Made by a program: the position numbers and the translations under genes
In this document: positions 57,854-64,000 of the stretch, piece by piece
Numbering within the stretch: position 1 is the stretch's first letter
Layout: every line of letters starts with the position of its first letter
From: Candidatus Latescibacterota bacterium
GTDB lineage: Bacteria > Latescibacterota > UBA2968
DNA length: 64,000 nucleotides
NCBI GenBank assembly: GCA_965208125.1
Contig: OZ242320.1
Span: 2,112,001-2,176,000 of the forward strand
Direction: 5' to 3'
The notes under the pieces: generated by a model
Told to the model about the DNA's origin: nothing
The model's database searches: none
What the model saw: only the letters and a program-made list of their open reading frames with translations

Positions 57854-59062
57854 ATGAAAATCAAATCCGTCGAAGTCGTTCGCGTTGAACGGCCAGATGC
57901 AAGCCAGGTCTCAACGGGTTCTGGTACGACGCTGGCTGCTTCAACAGGTGCAGCTCCGAGGACAAAAGGGTATCGAAAGGCGTGGCCCTCGCAGATAGAG
58001 GTAGCAAACCCGATGTCTAAGTTCCCGCGGTTTAAGGCGCGGCGGCAGCTTTACGGTGCCAGACAGTGGCCCAGGTTCTCGGTTAAGGTGACTGCTGAAG
58101 ATGGGACATGGGGCCTCGGCACATCGGCGGGGCGCCCGGTTGCTATGGTGGTGGAAGATGCTTTCGCGCATATACTGGAAGGCGAGAGTTGTCTGGCAAT
58201 TGAAAAGTTGTGGGATATGATGTTTCGCGTGTCCAAATCTTTTGGGACTGTGGGGATTGCCTCGTTGGCGATTAGTGCTGTGGATCTGGCGCTTTGGGAT
58301 CTGGCGGGGAAATTGCAGGGCAAGCCCGTTTATGAGCTTCTGGGCGGTCCGGCGCGCGATCGTTTGTTTGTGTATGCGACGGGGGATGATGTGGATTGGT
58401 ACAAGGAGTTGGGGTTTCGGGCGTTTAAGTTGCCCTGTCAATACGGGCCGGTTGATGGGTTGTGGGGATTGGGGGAGAACGAGAGGCGAATAGCCGAGGT
58501 CCGCGAGTTGATCGGCGATGATTGCGATCTCATGCTCGATTGTTATATGGCTTTTGATGTGGAATATACCGCGCGTCTGGCCAATCGCCTGCGTCCTTAT
58601 AATCTGCGCTGGATGGAAGAGTGCCTGATTCCAGAAGATGTTGGGGGGCATATTGAACTCAAGAAACGCCTGCCGTGGTTGACGCTTGCCAGTGGCGAGC
58701 ATTTTTACACGCCGTATCCCTATCAGTTGATGATCGAAAATCGGTGTCTCGATATCCTCCAGCCCGATATTCAGTGGGTGGGGGGTTTGACTGCTTGTGT
58801 CAAAATTTGTAATATGGCTGCGGCGGCGGGTCTGGAGGTTTGTTTGCACGGTGGGGGACGCGATGCGTACGGTCAGCATTTGAGCTGGGCAATGCCCAAT
58901 ACGCCCTGGTGTGAGTATTTTATCGGTTCAGATCCGGGGGTACCGCTTGTAGAAGTGGCGCAACCCGGCGCGCGCGTGCCGCGCGATAGCTATCTGGAGT
59001 TTGCGCCGAGTGGTCCGGGTTTTGATCTGGGGATTGAAGAGGATTGGTTGGTGCCGTTTTAA
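57854..59062 (+). CDS. Enolase-superfamily dehydratase, L-rhamnonate dehydratase-like
   Basis: [31 protein letters not shown]. Confidence 0.88.
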   Translation: MKIKSVEVVRVERPDASQVSTGSGTTLAASTGAAPRTKGYRKAWPSQIEVANPMSKFPRFKARRQLYGARQWPRFSVKVTAEDGTWGLGTSAGRPVAMVVEDAFAHILEGESCLAIEKLWDMMFRVSKSFGTVGIASLAISAVDLALWDLAGKLQGKPVYELLGGPARDRLFVYATGDDVDWYKELGFRAFKLPCQYGPVDGLWGLGENERRIAEVRELIGDDCDLMLDCYMAFDVEYTARLANRLRPYNLRWMEECLIPEDVGGHIELKKRLPWLTLASGEHFYTPYPYQLMIENRCLDILQPDIQWVGGLTACVKICNMAAAAGLEVCLHGGGRDAYGQHLSWAMPNTPWCEYFIGSDPGVPLVEVAQPGARVPRDSYLEFAPSGPGFDLGIEEDWLVPF

Positions 59063-59085
59063 TTTTAGAGGACAAGAGGAATAAA

Positions 59086-59919
59086 ATGGATAAGACAATT
59101 ATTTCAGTGGCGGTTGTGGGTTCGGGTCCTACGAAGGATATGAATCCGGCTGTGCCTTATACGCCAAAGGAGATTGCAGAGGCAGCGATTGAATGCCATA
59201 AGGCGGGTGCGGCTATTACGCATATCCATGTGCGCGATCCCGAGACGGGTATTGTGTGTTCGCGGCTTGAGCTTTTTAAGGAGGTGGTGGATCGGATTCG
59301 GCAAGCTTGCGATATTGCCATTAATCTGACGACGAGTGGGGGAAATATTAAAGGGGAGAATATTATTGAAGAGCGGCTTGAGCCGGTTACGCTAAAACCT
59401 GAGATTTGCTCTCTGGATATCGGTTCGTTGAATTTTGGCACTCGGGTGTTTATGAATCCACCGGAATGGGGTGTTGCCGCGGCAAAGCGCATGCGCGAGC
59501 ATCGCGTTAAGCCGGAGATCGAGGTTTTTGATGCTGGTCATGTCCGTCAGGCGCGGTATATGATTGAGGAGGGGTTGTTCGAAGATCCCCCGTTTATCCA
59601 GTTGTGTATGGGTCCCGGATGGGGTATTGAAGCCACACCCGAAAATCTGGTTTTTATGAAGCGTCTTTTGCCGCCCGATGTGATCTGGTCCGCTCTGGGT
59701 GTGGGAAAAGCACAGTTGCCGATGATTACTATGGCTTTTCTCATGGGTGGGCATATACGGGTGGGTTTTGAAGATAATATTTATCTTCGGAGAGGTGTTT
59801 TGCTCAAGAGCAATGCACAGATGGTCGATCACGCGGCGAGTATTGTGGAAAAACTTCAGGGCGAGATTGCCACGCCAAATGATGCCCGGGAGATGCTGGG
59901 GCTTACGTATCCGGGATGA
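59086..59919 (+). CDS. Beta-keto acid cleavage enzyme (BKACE/DUF849)
   Basis: [22 protein letters not shown]. Confidence 0.92.
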   Translation: MDKTIISVAVVGSGPTKDMNPAVPYTPKEIAEAAIECHKAGAAITHIHVRDPETGIVCSRLELFKEVVDRIRQACDIAINLTTSGGNIKGENIIEERLEPVTLKPEICSLDIGSLNFGTRVFMNPPEWGVAAAKRMREHRVKPEIEVFDAGHVRQARYMIEEGLFEDPPFIQLCMGPGWGIEATPENLVFMKRLLPPDVIWSALGVGKAQLPMITMAFLMGGHIRVGFEDNIYLRRGVLLKSNAQMVDHAASIVEKLQGEIATPNDAREMLGLTYPG

Positions 59920-60773
59920 GGGGTGAGATGGATATTCTGGCGAGTACAACTGAATATGACATTGATTGGCGGATGCTCAATATGAATGCCGAGTTGGTCG
60001 CATCCAGTTTGAGCCTCACGTTGCGGTCGGGTCTTCACATGCTGCGGCCCTACTGGCGATCCAATGTCAATGGCGGCGATGGTGTCGCGCCGATCAATCA
60101 TATTTTGAAATTTGAAACTTTTGGGCATCCCTGTTCTCTTCAGACAACACTGCGACAGGAATCTCAGATCCGTCTGGTTACAACGCGCAATGATGACGGA
60201 AGTCTCAAACGCGGGCATCTCGTTCTGACATGCAAACTTTTTAAGGCGGATGATCTGGTTGGTCGGTCGGAGTTCTGGCTGGCGCTCACGCGGCCGCTTG
60301 CACCGCCCGATGAACGCATGCCTTCCGATGTGCCGGAGGGGCTTAAATTTTTAAAGGAGTATGAATTAGGCGAAGGTGATTTGCTCAGCCGGGATATCGA
60401 ATCCTATCGCTGCGAGGGCAGTGGTGATATGCTGACTTATGACACGCAGCCGGTGGTTTTTCACATGGATCAGTCAGATCAGTATGGGCATATCAACACG
60501 GTTAAATACATGGACCGGGTGCTCGACCTCCTGTCGCTTCAATATCACAAAGTTGGAGGCGATGTCGGGCGCTTGCGGTTTCACGAAATTGTGATTTATT
60601 TTCGCAAGCCTTTTGTGCCCGGGCAAGTCGCAGAAGCAGAACTCGATTTTGTTCATCACGCAGACAGGTTTCACGGTGCGGTGCGTTTTTATCACTGCAA
60701 TGGTGATGGTACGCGCAGCGAGCGGATTTCTATGGCTATGGAAACGCGCGGTCCTCTGGTGGATGACCTGTGA
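59916..60773 (+). CDS. Double hotdog-fold acyl-thioesterase-like protein
   Basis: [11 protein letters not shown]; YFRKPF. Confidence 0.65.
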   Translation: MRGEMDILASTTEYDIDWRMLNMNAELVASSLSLTLRSGLHMLRPYWRSNVNGGDGVAPINHILKFETFGHPCSLQTTLRQESQIRLVTTRNDDGSLKRGHLVLTCKLFKADDLVGRSEFWLALTRPLAPPDERMPSDVPEGLKFLKEYELGEGDLLSRDIESYRCEGSGDMLTYDTQPVVFHMDQSDQYGHINTVKYMDRVLDLLSLQYHKVGGDVGRLRFHEIVIYFRKPFVPGQVAEAELDFVHHADRFHGAVRFYHCNGDGTRSERISMAMETRGPLVDDL

Positions 60774-60774
60774 A

Positions 60775-61404
60775 TTATTTGGGGAGGTCTGCGAGATGGG
60801 CAATATCGTTGAGGGCTATGAAGGTGGGTTCGCCTCCGGGGTTGAGTTGAAGGTGGTGGATGGCGGCTGTGCGACACGAGAATTGGGGTTTGTGCTCGTC
60901 TTCGGGTGTGTATCCCATGATCGCTTGTAGGCAAGCGACAATGGGGCGGACGTGTGTGATGCACGCAATTTGCTGATCGGGCGATTCGTTGACGAGTTGG
61001 CTCACGATGTTGGCAACGCGACTGTGCAGGTCGGCATAGGTTTCGCTGCCTGGAACGCGTGCATCTTCGAGGGATTGTCCTCCAAAAAAGCCGGGGTAAT
61101 ATTTTCGGACTTCTTCGCTGGAGAGTGTGGCGAGGTCGCCGCTTTCGAGTTCGCGCAGGTCATTTTCTACTTCGGGCACGATATGGAGCACATCGCCTAT
61201 CCATTCGGCTGTTTGGCGGGCGCATTTCTGGGGGCTGGTGTAGAGGGCGCGAATATCAAAGTCGGTTCTGAGGCGTTCGCCAAGGAGTAAGGCTTGTTGT
61301 TTGCCCCGATGCGAGAGGGGCATGTCGGCCCACCAGCCATAATGGTGTTCGCCAGCGCGTTTTCGGGCTTGTCCATGGCAGATTAGTATGAGGTCGGTTG
61401 GCAT
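60775..61404 (-). CDS. Histidine phosphatase family protein (CHG variant)
   Basis: ILICHG, YTSP, DLRE, ITH. Confidence 0.8.
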   Translation of the reverse strand: MPTDLILICHGQARKRAGEHHYGWWADMPLSHRGKQQALLLGERLRTDFDIRALYTSPQKCARQTAEWIGDVLHIVPEVENDLRELESGDLATLSSEEVRKYYPGFFGGQSLEDARVPGSETYADLHSRVANIVSQLVNESPDQQIACITHVRPIVACLQAIMGYTPEDEHKPQFSCRTAAIHHLQLNPGGEPTFIALNDIAHLADLPK

Positions 61405-61435
61405 GTGTGTTCCTTATTATTATTAGGAGGTGTGT

Positions 61436-62008
61436 ATGAAGTCAATGGTTGCGGTGTGTTTTTTTCTTGTAATCGCGATGTTCGGTCGTGCAGCTGCACA
61501 GGTGGATGTCAAGATAGGTGGGGGTATTCTTCTCGATCCCACGCGGGCGGGCGGGCACCTGTCCGTAGAGTTTCCCATTGGTGATTTGTATCCGACATAT
61601 TTGGCACCTTTTGTTGAATATTATCGAAGGACCATCACATTGGTAGCAACGGATAAGACTCTGGAGACGGAAATTCCTGCAGGTGTCAGTCTGGTTTATA
61701 AAGCCCCTTTGTCCGATCGCTATGGCACGGTGTTTTTTGGGGTTGCCGGCGGGGTGTTACACACACGAGGATCTCCTATAGTTGAAGTATTTGGCGGAAC
61801 AACGGTTTATGCCGTAGATACAGAGACCGGAGAAGTTGTGACAGAAACGTCAACCGAGGCGTTGATTGCCGTAGCAGGAGGTATGCGATTTGATGTTTCC
61901 GAGGGCATAGGCGCATTTGTGCAGGGTCGCTGGTTTCGCGCTTTTGCGTCCGGGACAACAAATAATTTTGGCATTCACGCAGGGCTGATGTTCTCTTTGG
62001 GTGAGTGA
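61436..62008 (+). CDS. Exported outer-membrane beta-barrel protein
   Basis: Signal peptide; amphipathic strands; HAGLMFSLGE. Confidence 0.7.
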   Translation: MKSMVAVCFFLVIAMFGRAAAQVDVKIGGGILLDPTRAGGHLSVEFPIGDLYPTYLAPFVEYYRRTITLVATDKTLETEIPAGVSLVYKAPLSDRYGTVFFGVAGGVLHTRGSPIVEVFGGTTVYAVDTETGEVVTETSTEALIAVAGGMRFDVSEGIGAFVQGRWFRAFASGTTNNFGIHAGLMFSLGE

Positions 62009-62035
62009 TAGCGGACGAATCAGAAGTTTATATCC

Positions 62036-62064
62036 AGGCCGGGATTTATGTCCCGGCTTTTTTT
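62036..62064 (+). terminator. Intrinsic terminator
   Basis: GCCGGGA-TTTATG-TCCCGGC followed by a T run. Confidence 0.75.
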
Positions 62065-63559
62065 ATGTAACCGGTTGATGGCGCAAGAAATCGATCAATA
62101 AACGCACGCCAATGCCCGTGGCTCCGATGGGGGTGTCGGGTTTGGCGGAACTTGTCGATGCGGTGCCGGCGATGTCGAGGTGTGCCCAGGGAAAGTTCTG
62201 GACATAGGCTTCGAGGAACGCGGCGGCGGTGAGTGCGCCCGCGGGCCGACCACCTGAGTTTTTGAGGTCGGCCACATTGCTTTTGATGAGGTTTCTGTGG
62301 CTGTCGAGAATGGGAAGATGCCAGGCAATTTCACCGGTGCGATTGCCCGCTTCGTGGATTTGAGCAATGAGGTCGTTGTCGTTGCCCATCAGGCCACTGG
62401 CTTCGTTGCCGAGTGCGGTGACGCAGGCCCCGGTTAGCGTGGCCAGGTCAATGACTGCTTTTGGCTCGTAGCGCGCGCTGTATGCAATGGCGTCGATGAG
62501 GGCGAGGCGGCCTTCGGCATCGGTGCTGTGAATTTCAACGGTTTTGGTGCCGAGGGGATGCAAGATGTCGCCGGGCCGATACGCGAGGCCATCGGGCATG
62601 TTTTCTGCGGCGGCAATCAGGCCAATGACGCGATGGGGCAGGTCGAGTTTTGCCACGGCTCGCATTGCGCCGATGACGGCTGCGGATCCACTCATGTCAA
62701 ATTTCATGTTCCACATGCCGTCGCTACCTTTGAGGGATATGCCGCCCGTGTCAAAGGTTATGCCTTTGCCAATGAAGATAATTGGCGCGGCATCGGGATC
62801 GGCACCCGCGTGTTCGAGGATGACAAAACGAGGTGGCCGAGCACTTCCCTGTCCCACAGCGCTCAAGGCACCCATGCCTTCATTTGAGATGCGCTGTTCA
62901 TCAAATATTTCACAGGAGAGACCTGTTTCACGGGCCATTTCTGAAGCCTGGTCGGCCAGTGTCGCCGGTGGCAAGTCGTTGCCGGGGGTGTTGCTCAGGT
63001 CTCGGGCGAAACACACGCTTTCGGCGATGATTTGTCCAGTATTCGCGCCTTTTTCTACATCGGTTTGTTTGGTTGTGTCAAATTCGACGAGGGTAAATGT
63101 GTCGAGATGTTTGGGATCGTTATTGTTTGTTTTGTAATTGGTGAATTTGTAGTTGCCGAGAATCGCGCCTTCAACAGTGGCTTGTGCGGCGTCTGAGACA
63201 TTGAGGCCGCCTATGCCGCCGCCGTGGATGATGGAGGCGAGGGTTTTTGCGCCGAGTTTGATGGCTTCTCTGGTTGCAGATGCGGATGCGAGACGCACTT
63301 GATTGGTTGTGAAGGCTTCTCGTTTGCCCAGGCCAACGAGAATGAGGCGCGGTGAAACTCGACGGGGATAGAGTACGGCGGTCTGGTTGCGTTTGCCGCT
63401 GAAGTCGCCGCCTGCGATGAGGTCGGCAATAAGCCCGTCCAGCGCGCGATTGGCTGCACCTGTTGCGCCGCCCGGTTCTGTGACGCCTTCAAAGAGGTTG
63501 AGCACGATGGCGTCTGTTGTACTTTCGAGGATGTTGCCGATGGTGATGGAGATGTTCAT
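62063..63559 (-). CDS. pepA: Leucyl aminopeptidase (M17)
   Basis: GKGITFDTGG, MKFDM, TDAEGRL, HLDIAG. Confidence 0.95.
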   Translation of the reverse strand: MNISITIGNILESTTDAIVLNLFEGVTEPGGATGAANRALDGLIADLIAGGDFSGKRNQTAVLYPRRVSPRLILVGLGKREAFTTNQVRLASASATREAIKLGAKTLASIIHGGGIGGLNVSDAAQATVEGAILGNYKFTNYKTNNNDPKHLDTFTLVEFDTTKQTDVEKGANTGQIIAESVCFARDLSNTPGNDLPPATLADQASEMARETGLSCEIFDEQRISNEGMGALSAVGQGSARPPRFVILEHAGADPDAAPIIFIGKGITFDTGGISLKGSDGMWNMKFDMSGSAAVIGAMRAVAKLDLPHRVIGLIAAAENMPDGLAYRPGDILHPLGTKTVEIHSTDAEGRLALIDAIAYSARYEPKAVIDLATLTGACVTALGNEASGLMGNDNDLIAQIHEAGNRTGEIAWHLPILDSHRNLIKSNVADLKNSGGRPAGALTAAAFLEAYVQNFPWAHLDIAGTASTSSAKPDTPIGATGIGVRLLIDFLRHQPVT

Positions 63560-63572
63560 GTGAGAATTGGTC

Positions 63573-64000
63573 CTATAAGAGAAATGGATTGATGCGTTTT
63601 TCGCGGTCTATGGTTGTGTCTGGCCCGTGCCCGGGGTGAAGTATTGTGTCGTCGGGGAGGGTGAGGATTTTGGTGTGGATCGAGTCCATGAGCGTTTGCA
63701 GGTCTGCGCCTTCGAGATCGGTGCGGCCAATAGAGCCGGCGAATACAGTGTCGCCAATAATGGCGTGGCCCGGCCAGGTGAGCGCGATGTTGCCGGGCGC
63801 GTGGCCCGGTACATGGAGGATGTTCAGGGTTTTGCGGCCAAAGACTATGGTATCGCCTTCATCGATAAAGCGGTCAATTTTGGGCGATGGATCGGTTTGA
63901 AAGCCCAGGGGGGCAACAATGTCTGTAAGTGCCTCGACCATAAATACATCGGCTTTGTGGATGGCGAATGGCGCACCTGTTTTTTCTTTGAGCGATGCGA
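63573..64000 (-). CDS. MBL-fold metallo-hydrolase (glyoxalase II-like); 5' end outside the window
   Basis: PGHAPG, GDTVFAGSIGRTD, PGHGP. Confidence 0.9.
   Translation of the reverse strand, partial: ASLKEKTGAPFAIHKADVFMVEALTDIVAPLGFQTDPSPKIDRFIDEGDTIVFGRKTLNILHVPGHAPGNIALTWPGHAIIGDTVFAGSIGRTDLEGADLQTLMDSIHTKILTLPDDTILHPGHGPDTTIDREKRINPFLL

Noticed and set aside
4059-63900. Many long antisense or alternate-frame ORFs (e.g. 7569-8867, 12380-13792, 19319-20911, 22846-23949, 45797-47512, 48857-50422)
   Set aside because: They shadow well-supported genes on the other strand and have no recognisable motifs
1-64000. tRNA, rRNA or prophage genes
   Set aside because: No cloverleaf, rRNA signature or phage structural gene recognised by eye; tRNAscan-SE would confirm

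Overview
Bacterial chromosomal window. Gene content (TonB receptor with PorV and GWxTD genes, internalin-like LRR proteins, PL6 lyase, many TA fragments) suggests an FCB-group organism such as Latescibacterota/Gemmatimonadota, possibly a marine or sponge symbiont; this is inference only. Core genes: pdxH-pdxJ, tig-clpP-clpX-engB, serA, purA, a UbiD-family decarboxylase, ggt and pepA. A 13.6-kb minus-strand operon encodes an OMP, a TonB receptor, a T9SS-CTD-like protein, PorV, GWxTD, a DUF6785-like transporter, an aminotransferase, an isochorismatase and a deacetylase. Accessory patches at 1-2900, 14500-17100, 36600-41500, 47500-48700 and 54000-57850 hold orphan antitoxins, a HEPN/MNT pair, an orphan McrB-like GTPase, pseudogenes and a decayed IS3 with a MITE inside its left end. 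Notable non-coding structure: a promoter-small RNA-terminator leader before an NYN RNase gene (type III TA-like layout), a two-copy ~220-240-nt element with covarying stems, a 14-bp-period array, a promoter-containing repeat that punctuates a cassette-like region, GTAG REPs and heptamer elements at stop codons. No rRNA, tRNA, CRISPR array, integrase or reverse transcriptase was seen. Family calls come from motif recognition, not database searches.
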